Assembly (NCBI GenBank): GCA_002084955.1
Contig: MZGJ01000006.1
Span: 2,027-66,026 of the forward strand
Length of the DNA stretch: 64,000 nt
Direction of reading: 5' to 3'
Source: a candidate division CPR3 bacterium 4484_211
GTDB taxonomy: Bacteria > Patescibacteriota > 4484-211
Below are positions 8,703 through 18,454 of this stretch, one piece after another. How positions within the stretch are numbered: position 1 is the stretch's first letter; the number at the start of each line of letters is the position of its first letter. Position numbers and translations under genes: made by a program. Under the pieces are notes generated by a model. That model searched no databases. It was given only the letters and a program-made list of their open reading frames with translations, and was not told where the DNA came from.

Positions 8703-9770
8703 ATGCGTCTGGCAATTAATGGATTCGGCCGTATTGGCCGGACAGTCTTAAAGGTAATTCTTTCCCGGGGCGCTTGGGGAAGGGTGAGGGTCAGCTCCCG
8801 CATTAATCATGATCGGCTGGAGCTGGCGGCGATAAACAGCCGCAGTGGGCTAAATGAAACTGTCCCCTATCTTTTTAAATACGATACAGTTTATGGCTCA
8901 TATCCGGCCGAGGTGGGGATTTCTCCCGATGGCGGGTCTTTGCGTATTGACGGCCGGGATTATCTTTTTTTGGCCGAATCTGATCCCGGGAAGCTGCCCT
9001 GGAAAAATTTGGGAGTGGATGTGGTTTTGGAATGCACCGGGGCCTTTACGGAGTTTAACAAAGCTCAGGCTCACCTAAGGGCCGGTGCCAAGAAGGTAAT
9101 TATTTCAGCTAATGGCAAGGGGGAGGGTTTAACTTTGGTGCAGGGCACCAAGGCTTTTGAGAAATTTTTGTCCCAAAAAGATAACTATCGCGTGATCTCC
9201 AATGCTTCCTGTACCACTAACTGCGCTTCTCCGATAATACAGCTTTTGCATGACCATTTTCATGTGCTTAAAGCGCAGATGATCACCGTTCATGCGGTAA
9301 CTTCTACACAGAGTTTGGTTGATGACGCTAATAAAAATTTGCGCCGGTCGCGGGCGGCTTTTCAATCAATTATTCCTCAGCCAACGGGGGCGGCGGTGGC
9401 GGTAACTAGGGTTATTCCAGAGCTGGAGGGTCGAGTGAGCGGTTCGGCTTTTCGGGTGCCGGTAATTTGCGGCTCGGTCTTGGAAATTGTTGCCCAGATA
9501 GAAAAAGAAACCACGGCGGAAGAAGTTAATCAAGTTTTTAAAACAGCGGCCGCCGGCGAGCTTAAAGGAATTATCGCTGTCAGCGATGGCGGGCTGGTTT
9601 CGTCTGATGTTATCGGGTCGCCGGCATCGGCTACCGTAGACCTTCCCTTAACAGAAGTTTTGGATCTCCCCCATGTGGTTGACGAAAATCTTATTAAGGT
9701 GGTGGCCTGGTATGATAACGAGTACGGTTATGCTTGCCGGCTGGTGGAACTGGCTCAGGCGGTGTTATGA
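8703..9770 (+). CDS. gap: glyceraldehyde-3-phosphate dehydrogenase
   Basis: INGFGRIGR NAD site, SNASCTTNCASP catalytic Cys motif. Confidence 0.9.
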   Translation: MRLAINGFGRIGRTVLKVILSRGAWGRVRVSSRINHDRLELAAINSRSGLNETVPYLFKYDTVYGSYPAEVGISPDGGSLRIDGRDYLFLAESDPGKLPWKNLGVDVVLECTGAFTEFNKAQAHLRAGAKKVIISANGKGEGLTLVQGTKAFEKFLSQKDNYRVISNASCTTNCASPIIQLLHDHFHVLKAQMITVHAVTSTQSLVDDANKNLRRSRAAFQSIIPQPTGAAVAVTRVIPELEGRVSGSAFRVPVICGSVLEIVAQIEKETTAEEVNQVFKTAAAGELKGIIAVSDGGLVSSDVIGSPASATVDLPLTEVLDLPHVVDENLIKVVAWYDNEYGYACRLVELAQAVL

Positions 9771-11641
9771 ACCCCATTCTTTCTTCCCTTAATCCTCAAC
9801 AACGAAAAGCGGCTCGATGCATCAACGGACCAAGTCTTATCTTGGCGGGCGCCGGGAGCGGCAAAACTAGGGTTTTAACCCACCGGGCTGCCTATCTTAT
9901 TGATCAGGGAGTCTCCCCGCGCAATATCCTTTTGATTACCTTTACCAATAAAGCCGCCAATGAGATGAAAGAGCGCGTTTTTCGTCTGGTAGATGTTCAC
10001 GAGAAACCGCATATGGGGACTTTTCATGCCACCTGTGCCCGCATTTTACGTCAGCAGGCGGCGCAGGTTGGTCTGCCTCCCAACTATCTTATTTATGACC
10101 AAGCGGATCAACTGGCCGTTGTTCGCCAAGCGATGAAAAAGTTAAAGTTATCGCCTAAGGAGGTTAACCCGGCGGCAGTTAGAGGGATGATTGCCTCGGC
10201 TAAATGTGAGTTGTTGTCGCCGAGCGACTACAGCCGTTTGGCGTACGGGCCTTACCAGAAAAAAACGGCCGAAATTTATCCGCTTTATCAAGAAATTATG
10301 TCCGAAAATGAGGCCCTGGATTTTGGGGATCTTTTAATGAAAACGGTTAATTTACTTAAGGCGAATCCTCAAGTTCGCCGGGTCTATCAGGACCTTTTTT
10401 TGTTTGTGATGGTAGATGAATATCAGGATACCAATAAAGCGCAGTATGAATTCACCAAATTGGTGGCGGGAGGCAGGAAAAACTTATGTGTTGTTGGTGA
10501 CTGCAGTCAGAGTATTTATGCTTTTCGCGGGGCTAATTTGGGAAATATTTTGCGTTTTAAAACTGATTTTCCTCAAGCTCGGGTTTTTAATTTAGACCAG
10601 AATTATCGTTCCACTCAGATTATTTTGGATGCGGCCACCGAGATTATTAAGCCCAATAAGTCGGTTCATCCCGTTTTGCATTTGTGGACAAAGAATAAAA
10701 AAGGAAGCCCAATTGTTGTTTATCGGGCAATTGACGAAATAGATGAAGCCTTGTTTGTTATCTACCAGATTCAAAAATTGCGCTCGGTGGATTTGGATGA
10801 GTTTGCGGTCTTGTACCGCACCAATGCGCAGTCCAGGGTTTTAGAGGAGGCCTTTCTGCAGGCTAAGATACCCTATCGGTTAATCGGGGGAGTTCATTTT
10901 TATGAACGCAGGGAAGTTAAGGATATTGTGGCCTATCTTAGGTACATCCTTAATCCCAAGGACTTGGTTAGTTTTAAGCGTATTGTTAATACCCCTCCCC
11001 GCGGCATTGGTCCGGTGACTCTAAAAAAGGGAGGAGATAGACTGGATAAATTCATCAGTTTGATTAAACAACTGCGGGCCGAAGCTCATAAAAGGAGCGT
11101 CTCTGATCTGCTGGATTATTTGCTGGCCGAGATTAAGTTTAAGGAATATTTGGATGATGGAACACGGGAAGGTTTCGCTCGGTGGGAGAATGTTTTAGAA
11201 TTGAAATCCCTGGCTCAAAGTTTTTTGGAATTGCCGCCGTGGGACTCGTTGGTTTCTTTTTTGGAAAATGTAGCTCTTATGGAAAAAACGGAGGTGGCCA
11301 GCTTTCAGAATCGGAATGAGGTGCTCCCCCAAAAAGTGCCGGCGGTAAATTTGATGACTCTCCATGCGGCCAAGGGGCTGGAGTTTACCACTGTGTTTAT
11401 TGTAGGGATGGAAGAGGGTTTACTGCCTCATATTCAGTCGATGATGGAAAAAGAGAAACTGGAAGAAGAACGGCGGTTGGCCTATGTGGGAATTACCCGA
11501 GCTAAAGAAAGGGTGTTTTTGGTGCATACACAAAGCCGTCTTTATTTTGGCCAGCGGAGAATTTTTCCTCCCTCGCGCTTTTTGGAAGACATCCCCGAAA
11601 AGCTGGTGGAGGTGGAGGGAGCCGGGACAGCGAGTGGGTAG
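9767..11641 (+). CDS. uvrD: UvrD/PcrA-family ATP-dependent DNA helicase
   Basis: AGAGSGKTRVLTHRAAYLI (motif I), DEYQDTN (motif II), the remaining SF1 motifs present; ATGA overlap with the gap stop. Confidence 0.85.
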   Translation: MNPILSSLNPQQRKAARCINGPSLILAGAGSGKTRVLTHRAAYLIDQGVSPRNILLITFTNKAANEMKERVFRLVDVHEKPHMGTFHATCARILRQQAAQVGLPPNYLIYDQADQLAVVRQAMKKLKLSPKEVNPAAVRGMIASAKCELLSPSDYSRLAYGPYQKKTAEIYPLYQEIMSENEALDFGDLLMKTVNLLKANPQVRRVYQDLFLFVMVDEYQDTNKAQYEFTKLVAGGRKNLCVVGDCSQSIYAFRGANLGNILRFKTDFPQARVFNLDQNYRSTQIILDAATEIIKPNKSVHPVLHLWTKNKKGSPIVVYRAIDEIDEALFVIYQIQKLRSVDLDEFAVLYRTNAQSRVLEEAFLQAKIPYRLIGGVHFYERREVKDIVAYLRYILNPKDLVSFKRIVNTPPRGIGPVTLKKGGDRLDKFISLIKQLRAEAHKRSVSDLLDYLLAEIKFKEYLDDGTREGFARWENVLELKSLAQSFLELPPWDSLVSFLENVALMEKTEVASFQNRNEVLPQKVPAVNLMTLHAAKGLEFTTVFIVGMEEGLLPHIQSMMEKEKLEEERRLAYVGITRAKERVFLVHTQSRLYFGQRRIFPPSRFLEDIPEKLVEVEGAGTASG

Positions 11642-11656
11642 GATTTTTGTCTAACA

Positions 11657-12367
11657 ATGCAGAAACTTATTAAATTCATCAGTTTATTGTCTTTAGCCGG
11701 TGGGGCAGTGGTTAACGGCCAGCTGTCTAATTCGCTTGCTAAGATGGATAATTTCCCTCAATATGTTGAGCCTGGTTTTTTTGCTTATCACAATATACCG
11801 GTAACCCGGTCAGTTTTCTCGCAAGAAAAACAGCTTGAGGAGGAGGTTATTCCTTTCGGGATTTCTTATGAAGACAGTGACAGATTGGAATGGGGGAAGC
11901 GGCAGTTAAAACAAAAGGGAGTTAATGGGCTTATCCGCCGCACCTATTTGATTTCCTTGTGGAGGGGGGAAGTTTATGACAAGCAATTGATGGAAAAGGA
12001 AGTTACTCCGCCTGTTCCCGAGATAGTTCTTAGGGGGACGAAAAAGGTACTTAGAAAACTAACCGTGCCCGAAGGAAGTTTTAGTTATTTTGCTCAAAAG
12101 AAGCTTTTTGCTACCTCCTATGATGGCCGATGTTTGGGGTGCAGCGGGCTTACCTATCTGGGGACGCCAGTGAGGCACGGAGTATGCGCCGTGGACCCCA
12201 AGGTAATTCCTTTGGGCAGTCTGCTTTATGTGGAGGGATATGGCTTGTGCCGTGCTGAGGATATTGGCGGGGCTGTTAAGGGAAATAGAATTGATCTGGG
12301 GTTTGAGGATGTTAGGACGGGCTTTTGGTCGGCTGGATGGACCAAGGTCTATTTACTAGTGGATTAG
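11657..12367 (+). CDS. 3D-domain (MltA/YocH-like) cell-wall-binding protein
   Basis: C-terminal GSLLYVEGYGLCRAEDIGGAVKGNRIDLGFED (three conserved Asp); signal peptide. Confidence 0.55.
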   Translation: MQKLIKFISLLSLAGGAVVNGQLSNSLAKMDNFPQYVEPGFFAYHNIPVTRSVFSQEKQLEEEVIPFGISYEDSDRLEWGKRQLKQKGVNGLIRRTYLISLWRGEVYDKQLMEKEVTPPVPEIVLRGTKKVLRKLTVPEGSFSYFAQKKLFATSYDGRCLGCSGLTYLGTPVRHGVCAVDPKVIPLGSLLYVEGYGLCRAEDIGGAVKGNRIDLGFEDVRTGFWSAGWTKVYLLVD

Positions 12368-12386
12368 GTCATGGTTGTTGGATTTT

Positions 12387-14015
12387 CTATTCGCGAGTTG
12401 CTTTTTGGGAAGCCTGCTCCTTTATTAGCGTGAGGAACGTAGTTGGGCTTGGCCCCAATTCTCCCTTGGGGAAAATCTCGGCTCTTTCTTTAAGTTTTTC
12501 TAGAAGGGAGTAAAGCGCATTCATATCAATATTGGGGAAATAGGTGGCTATTTTCAGAAGGGTCGCTTCCATTTCTTCGCTGGTTTTTCCGAGCCAAGAA
12601 AGTTGTAGGGGCGGAAGTTCCCATGTAGTTGTGCTTCTTGACAAGCCATTTTTAGTTTTGTCTTCTTGGACTATTATCTTAGCTGTGGGATTTTCTTTGG
12701 GTTCGGGCTCTCTGTGAATGGTTTCTGGAGTTTCTAGAGAAACTATGATTTTTTTCTTAACTTCGGGGTGCCTACGGTTTGGGGTGAATTGATATTGCTG
12801 AGGGCGGACGCCGGAGGCGATTTTCAGGTAGTCGGGGTGGGGTTCTTGATCTACTGTCTCCGCCCGAGACTTGAGTTTCTGGTGTATCTTGTTAATTGCT
12901 GTAAGTATTTCGGGGTCTTCCTCTAGGTAGCGTCGGGCCAGATGAGCTAAAAGTGATTCTTCAGGAACAGGCTCTCCCTTTTCAAATCTGGGTTTTAGAC
13001 GCCAGGGATTTTCTCCTTGGTGGAACAGCAAAGAAAAGTTAAAGAGTCCTTCCACCCCTTTTTCTTTTAGGATTTCTGCTATTTTTTCCAAAGCCGGCTC
13101 GGTGTCTCCTACCATTCTCATTTCTAAGGAAGTGCCAGGAGCAAGTGGAAATTCACGGTTTGGGATGTTTTCCCTTCTCATTTGGCGATATTGCACTAGC
13201 ATAAAATCTTTCCTCTGTTCTGGAGATTTGAAGGCGTAAGTAAAGCGGCTGTTGGGTTTTGGGAGTGATTCTGGCTCTTGGTAGTTATTGCCTAGGTGTA
13301 ACAAAGCTAGATTGACTTTGCCGCCGCGAGTCCGGTAAAGTTCCAGCTGGACTAGGCAATTATCAACTTCAAACGGCTGCGACACGGCTAGAACATTCTC
13401 TAGGTAATATTGAACAGCTTTCTCAACAATCCCCAGCTCTAACAAACGATTATTTGTTTCCCTCGCTAATGCCGTTGCAAAGGCCGAAAAATTCTTATCG
13501 CCAGAGGAGTGAACGGTTCTGAGAGCTTTTTCAATAATTTTTATGGAGGAGGCAAGATCCAAATGCTCAGCGGCAGATCTGACTGCGTCCAAAAGGCACA
13601 GTAATTGCTGGTTTAGTCCTTTATCTTCAGTATCTTGTACCAGCCATGGGGGAAGGTTAATCTGAAAGTTGTCGCCCTCAAGATTAGTACTGCCGTCCTT
13701 CTTCCGTGGGAATGCAACCAGGCGAATGCCTTCTAAGGCGGTAGGTTCTGACGGTATCTTGCATTTGCCGACAAAAAGAATCCACGGCTTTCCTGTTCCG
13801 TCTCTAATTTTGTTGGAATAAACTATTCCATCTAATTCTGGGAAAAAACGTGATTCGATTACCTCAAGTTCATCTGGTTCGCTTGGTTCATCCGGGAGCC
13901 TTGTATCTGGCCCGTGAGGGGCGGGGAAGAAAGCTGGATGTTTTGACATTGCTCTTGAAAATAGATTAATGCTTAGACTTACCGCGTGTTGGCAGGCACC
14001 GCGGGAGAAAAGCAA
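12387..14015 (-). CDS. hypothetical protein (542 aa), directly downstream of yidC in the same orientation
   Basis: No recognisable motif. Confidence 0.3.
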   Translation of the reverse strand: MLFSRGACQHAVSLSINLFSRAMSKHPAFFPAPHGPDTRLPDEPSEPDELEVIESRFFPELDGIVYSNKIRDGTGKPWILFVGKCKIPSEPTALEGIRLVAFPRKKDGSTNLEGDNFQINLPPWLVQDTEDKGLNQQLLCLLDAVRSAAEHLDLASSIKIIEKALRTVHSSGDKNFSAFATALARETNNRLLELGIVEKAVQYYLENVLAVSQPFEVDNCLVQLELYRTRGGKVNLALLHLGNNYQEPESLPKPNSRFTYAFKSPEQRKDFMLVQYRQMRRENIPNREFPLAPGTSLEMRMVGDTEPALEKIAEILKEKGVEGLFNFSLLFHQGENPWRLKPRFEKGEPVPEESLLAHLARRYLEEDPEILTAINKIHQKLKSRAETVDQEPHPDYLKIASGVRPQQYQFTPNRRHPEVKKKIIVSLETPETIHREPEPKENPTAKIIVQEDKTKNGLSRSTTTWELPPLQLSWLGKTSEEMEATLLKIATYFPNIDMNALYSLLEKLKERAEIFPKGELGPSPTTFLTLIKEQASQKATRE

Positions 14016-14017
14016 GG

Positions 14018-14743
14018 CTACTTTTTATTTGTTGCCATTATAACTACTTTAAAGATCTGTCTGGTAATCATTACTACCATAGCAAAAAGAAGTGAAATTG
14101 TAAAGAAGAGTTCCTGGCCTGAGGGAATGCGGTAGGTAATAAAAAAGGCGGCCAGCGGGGCAAAGATAACCATAAGCCAATCTTCTTTGGTTGGCGGAAA
14201 GTCGGAAAAAATTATTCCCAGGAGCTCGGCCGGTATGGTTAAAAGAGCGGAGACCGCGTTAAACCAGGGGTTGGGCTCGGTGAGTTCTATTCCTCCCAGT
14301 AATTTTAGATTAAGAGGGGTGGCCGGTTTAGGTACAAAGGAGTAGAGAAGGTCTAGGTCATCGCCTTTTAGTCCGGTTTTAAAAACTCGGTAGAGGATTA
14401 AAAAGTAGCAGATATAGACGGCGTAGCTAAAATATCGGGACCAAATTACCTTTCGGTGCACCCGGATGAGTTTATCCTTTTCTTTTTTGATGCGGATAGG
14501 GTATCCGGCAAAGGTTTCTTCTATCCTCTTTAGCCCGTTGAGTAGTTCCTGCTTTTCTTCTTCACTACTTTCCCCTCTGGCTGATAGGGGCAAGAGACAA
14601 ATGTTTATAAAGATGGTGAAGATAATCAGAGCCAGTCCCATGTCCGGCCCCCAGGGAAGCCATTGGTAGAAAAGAACCAGCGCGTTTAAGAATGGCCGGT
14701 AGATGATATTGGTGATGATAAAATTAAATGCAGAAGTGAGCAT
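14018..14743 (-). CDS. yidC: YidC/Oxa1-family membrane protein insertase
   Basis: IIYRPFLNALVLFYQWLPWGPDMGLALIIFTIFINICLLPLS matches the YidC signature; following coiled region; C-terminal TM helices. Confidence 0.6.
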   Translation of the reverse strand: MLTSAFNFIITNIIYRPFLNALVLFYQWLPWGPDMGLALIIFTIFINICLLPLSARGESSEEEKQELLNGLKRIEETFAGYPIRIKKEKDKLIRVHRKVIWSRYFSYAVYICYFLILYRVFKTGLKGDDLDLLYSFVPKPATPLNLKLLGGIELTEPNPWFNAVSALLTIPAELLGIIFSDFPPTKEDWLMVIFAPLAAFFITYRIPSGQELFFTISLLFAMVVMITRQIFKVVIMATNKK

Positions 14744-15626
14744 GAAAAAAGTTCAAAATTACAATTCAAAATTCACAATTAGAAAAACACGGGAGGTGGC
14801 ACCCAAACATATTTTATCACTTAAGCAGGTTAAACCAAAGAAATCGTGGGGGCAGCATTTTTTGGTTAGCCAAGAGGTCCTGCGGGATCTGCTGGCGGCG
14901 GCCGAGCTTGAACCGCAGGATACGGTTTTAGAGATTGGTGCCGGCACCGGCGTTATCACCGTGGAATTGGCCAGACGAGTGAAAAGAGTGATCGCAGTGG
15001 AAAAAGATCCCAGACTAGCTGCTATTCTTAGAGAGGAACTGCATGCGCACAGCGTGGATAATGTACAGATTGTTAATCAAGACATTCTTAAATTGCAAAT
15101 GTCAGATAATAAATATCAAATTAATGCCGAATGTCAAACGACGGGTGTCCAAGTTAAATGTGATAAGATTCTTGGGGCTATTCCCTATCAGATTACCTCT
15201 CCGTTGATTCATAAGCTATTAAAAGAGCTGCCCCCCAACTTACTTATTGTTCTTGTCATCCAAAATGAGGTTGCGGAAAAAATTGCCGCCCAGCCGCCAG
15301 AAGCTACCTATTTAAGCAACTTCGTTTCCGCGCTGGCGAAGGTAAAGCTGGTGGGAGGACCGGTTGCCCCCTCATCCTTCCGTCCGCCGCCGAGGATAAA
15401 ATCAAGGATAATAAAACTGGTAACAAGAAATGAGGAACGAGTGAGGAGAGAGGAAATTCAGAGATTTGAGGACTTTTTGCATAAAGGATTTTCCCGTCCC
15501 AGGAAGATGTTGAAAAATGTCTTTGATGAGGGTCTGCTTAGGAAAGCGGGCATTGACCCCTCTTCTCGGCCCCAGGAACTGACATTGGAAGAATGGCTCC
15601 TGCTTAATAGGGGTGGTTCTTCTTAA
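14742..15626 (+). CDS. rsmA: 16S rRNA (adenine1518/1519-N6)-dimethyltransferase KsgA/RsmA
   Basis: KKSWGQHFLVSQEVL…VLEIGAGTGVITVEL…VIAVEKDPRL; contains an approximately 30-aa insertion. Confidence 0.8.
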   Translation: MKKVQNYNSKFTIRKTREVAPKHILSLKQVKPKKSWGQHFLVSQEVLRDLLAAAELEPQDTVLEIGAGTGVITVELARRVKRVIAVEKDPRLAAILREELHAHSVDNVQIVNQDILKLQMSDNKYQINAECQTTGVQVKCDKILGAIPYQITSPLIHKLLKELPPNLLIVLVIQNEVAEKIAAQPPEATYLSNFVSALAKVKLVGGPVAPSSFRPPPRIKSRIIKLVTRNEERVRREEIQRFEDFLHKGFSRPRKMLKNVFDEGLLRKAGIDPSSRPQELTLEEWLLLNRGGSS

Positions 15627-16332
15627 TTTTTTTCCTCTGCAGATGGTAGATAATAAATGAGAAGATAATGGTGGCCAGATAGCCGAGTAAGGTAATGAAA
15701 GTTAAATTGCGGGCGGCGATGGCTAATTTGCTGTTTAAGGCTTGATGGATAAAATAGAAATTGACCACGGCCCAGGGCAGAAAGGCGATGGTGTTAATAA
15801 GGAAATAGGTAGGGAATTTAAGACTGGTTAAACCCAGAGCGTAGGAAACATAATCGGTGGCCGCGCCTCCGATGAGCCGGATAATAAAGATGGTTTTTAT
15901 CCCGGCCAAATTGGTAAATTTGTCAATTTGCGCTAGTCCTTTTTGCCCCACGAATTTAGCTATCAGGGTGCGCCCCCAGTGTTTGGCAATTAAGAAATTT
16001 AGGGAATGACCAAGAAGATTAGCACTGTAGATACAGCCGAAGGCAACCGCCGAAGGAAAGATTAAGATCCCGGCGATCCAGAAGGGAAGGGCGGCAATTG
16101 GTGAAAAGACATTGGTGGAAGCGGTAAGCAGAATGTAAATGAGGGGGGCGGCAATTCCGAATTTTTGGACTAAATCTTTAATGCCTTCGACGGTAATATG
16201 CTGGCCAATGATTTTAAGGAGGAAAGTTAATCCAATGAGGAGGAATACGATTAGAAGAATCTTTAAGAAATTGGTGCTTTTTTGCGGAGAAAAGTGAATC
16301 ATACTCTTGTTTATTAAATATGGGCGGGTCAT
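15604..16332 (-). CDS. DedA/TVP38/TMEM64-family membrane protein
   Basis: Polytopic; IRLIGGAATDYVSYALGLTSLKFPTYFLINTIAFLPW resembles a SNARE-associated/DedA domain. Confidence 0.45.
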   Translation of the reverse strand: MTRPYLINKSMIHFSPQKSTNFLKILLIVFLLIGLTFLLKIIGQHITVEGIKDLVQKFGIAAPLIYILLTASTNVFSPIAALPFWIAGILIFPSAVAFGCIYSANLLGHSLNFLIAKHWGRTLIAKFVGQKGLAQIDKFTNLAGIKTIFIIRLIGGAATDYVSYALGLTSLKFPTYFLINTIAFLPWAVVNFYFIHQALNSKLAIAARNLTFITLLGYLATIIFSFIIYHLQRKKIKKNHPY

Positions 16333-16972
16333 AAATACTTCTAGTGGTTGCAGTAGCGCAATTTTGGATTCGCCGCCGAATTGCAGGTTTTGCTTATTGT
16401 GCGCACAGATTGCGGACTAACTGCAGTGCCATTCGGCACACGGTGAGAGTCCGCTATTGTAAGTAAGGTAAGCATTGCGTCCCAATCATATTAAATCATA
16501 AAAACATCAAATCATAAAATGTGAAATTCCACTGTCCCGGGAGCGGCGGTTTCTCCAAGCTGTTAGCCACGCCCTTGTTAATACAGCTTTCTGATTCCTG
16601 GGTAGAAAAACTTAAGACGCAAAGTTGCAACCGGAAGCTGAAGAAAATCTTTAGTTTTAATTCTGTAATTTTGGAAGTGAGGATAGGCCATAAGTGTCCA
16701 ACTCAGCCATAATGACAATAATCAAGCACCAAATTACAAACAAATTCAGAATTCAGAATCCAGAATTCAGAATTCAAATGACCAAAACCTTCCCATGTTT
16801 AGAATTTAGAAAATTGTCATTTGGATTTGGTTTGACATTGGGCATTTTTAATTTGATATTTTACGAATTCACTCCTTAGAGAGAGGCGGCTCCTAGCCCT
16901 GCTGCCTACCACATTACTACATTACTACATTACTACGCTGCTGCACTGCTACCATCCCCAAAAACTTTTAGT

Positions 16973-17068
16973 ATGATAGACTAGTCTATCATATATGTAC
17001 GTTTTGGCTTGTGTATAAGCAAGTCTTAAAAGCAAGGTTAGATTTAGTATGATAAACTAGTCTATCAT
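16973..17068. promoter_or_regulatory. pair of 20-bp palindromes ATGATAGACTAGTCTATCAT (16973-16992 perfect; 17049-17068 with 1 mismatch), 76 bp centre to centre
   Basis: Read directly; the spacer is shared (reverse complement) with the pair at 33974-34059. Confidence 0.6.
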
Positions 17069-17213
17069 CACTGAGATTGTTTTAATGGAGTTTGGTTTTA
17101 GCATTTTTAGCATGTTTTTCCTTTGGAGGATGGATTGCAAATATCCAACTTAATTGTAATAGCGCACTCTTGCCGTGTACCCTTGCGGCACTGCAGTTAG
17201 TGCGCGACTAGAA

Positions 17214-17244
17214 GGGGTGACACCCTCTTTGAGGGTGTCACCCC
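17214..17244. repeat. 31-nt perfect palindrome GGGGTGACACCCTCTTTGAGGGTGTCACCCC (module P)
   Basis: Other copies at 18424-18454, 34404-34433 and 50792-50822; degenerate half at 55714-55735. Confidence 0.7.
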
Positions 17245-17450
17245 ATTCAAATAATTATCACTGCGGCCGGTGTGTGCTCTGATCGCAGACTAACCGCAGT
17301 ACCATTCGGTGCATGGCAAGAGTTTGCTGTTACGGTTAAATTTTGAGATTATGTTCTGGCCGTTTTAAAAATAGGTGCCTGGTAATTGGAGTTTGCTGAG
17401 GTGAATGCTAAATCCTAAAAGTGTAAAACTTTTATGGTAGAATTCTTTAT

Positions 17451-18329
17451 ATGATTGACTTCATGCGTTACAAGTGGGTTTTTTTCTTGATTTCTGCGCT
17501 GGTGCTGGTCCCGGGGGTAATTTCTTTAGTTATCTGGAGATTAAATCCTTCGGTTGATTTTACCGGAGGGACGCTTTGGGAGGTAAAACTGGAAAAAGTT
17601 GCCTCCCTGCAGGAATTTAAGGGATATTTAGAACAAAAGCTGTCTGAAGAAGACATTACCTTGTCTTTGGTTCAGAAAACTGGGGAAAGAACCTTTTTGT
17701 TAAAGCTTTCCCCGTTGAGTGAAGATCAGAAGGAGACGGTTAAATTAGATATAAAGGAAGATTATGGAGATTTTAAGACTTTAAGGTTTGAAACCGTAGG
17801 GGCCTTAATGGGGAAAGAGCTTCTAATTAAAACTCTTATCGGGATTATTTTGGCCGCCGGGTTTATTCTTTTCTATGTGGCTTGGCGGTTTAAAAATAAA
17901 ATGTACGGAGTTTGCGCTATTTTGGCCATGTTCCACGATACACTTATTGTCTTGGGTATTTTTTCGCTGTTGGGGCATTTTTGGGGAGTGGAGGTGGATA
18001 TACTTTTTGTAACGGCGATTTTAACCGTACTTTCATTTTCTGTTCATGACACGGTGGTGGTTTATGACCGCATCCGTGAGTTGCGCAAGCTGTACCCAAA
18101 AGCGGACTTTACTTATCTGGTAAATCAGGCAATTTCTGAGACTTTGGTGCGGTCGTTGAATAATTCGTTAACTATTATCTTTATGCTTTTAGCTCTGCTT
18201 CTTTTAGGGGGAACGACCATCCGCTGGTTTGTGGTTGCCCTGCTTATTGGTACCATTGCCGGAACCTATTCTTCTACCTTTACCGCCGCCCCGCTTCTGG
18301 TTGTTTGGTATGAACGAACAAAAAAGTGA
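17451..18329 (+). CDS. secF: protein-export membrane protein SecF
   Basis: N-terminus …VDFTGGTLWEVKLEK matches the SecF IDFTGGT motif; six TM helices; 292 aa; no adjacent secD. Confidence 0.75.
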   Translation: MIDFMRYKWVFFLISALVLVPGVISLVIWRLNPSVDFTGGTLWEVKLEKVASLQEFKGYLEQKLSEEDITLSLVQKTGERTFLLKLSPLSEDQKETVKLDIKEDYGDFKTLRFETVGALMGKELLIKTLIGIILAAGFILFYVAWRFKNKMYGVCAILAMFHDTLIVLGIFSLLGHFWGVEVDILFVTAILTVLSFSVHDTVVVYDRIRELRKLYPKADFTYLVNQAISETLVRSLNNSLTIIFMLLALLLLGGTTIRWFVVALLIGTIAGTYSSTFTAAPLLVVWYERTKK

Positions 18330-18340
18330 AGCTTCACCAT

Positions 18341-18454
18341 TTAATTGTAATAGCAGATTCTTGCCGTGTACCGAATGGTACTGCGGTTAGTCTGCGGTCT
18401 GTGTGCGCAATAAGCATTTGAATGGGGTGACACCCTCAAAGAGGGTGTCACCCC
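18341..18454. repeat. module H (18341-18412) plus module P (18424-18454) immediately downstream of secF
   Basis: Sequence identity to the other copies; possible terminator role. Confidence 0.6.

Larger units (their letters stand above)
16333..17450. repeat. 1.1-kb noncoding composite repeat region: module H copies (16388-16470 rc, 17148-17212, 17268-17345 rc), 7-mer tandem ttcagaa x4 (16745-16778), 8-mer cattacta x3 (16911-16934), palindrome pair, module P
   Basis: Internal blocks recur at 33900-34500, 6600-6927, 54280-54612, 18340-18460, 21540-21890 and 50790-50900. Confidence 0.7.

Noticed and set aside
16694-16879. Small ORF family encoded inside the repeat modules (…IIKHQITNKFRIQ…TKTFPCLEFRKLSFG…) with similar peptides at 6604-6927, 54289-54594 and (rc) about 34150-34260
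   Set aside because: The peptide similarity simply follows from DNA-level repeat identity. The reading frame is broken by indels in the 34.2 kb copy, and no RBS or start is conserved. I treat it as non-coding repeat sequence.
16973-17068. Palindrome pairs as terminal inverted repeats of a roughly 95-bp MITE
   Set aside because: Spacers between the paired palindromes are unrelated in four of five pairs, and no target-site duplications are evident. Regularly spaced protein-binding sites explain the pairs better.
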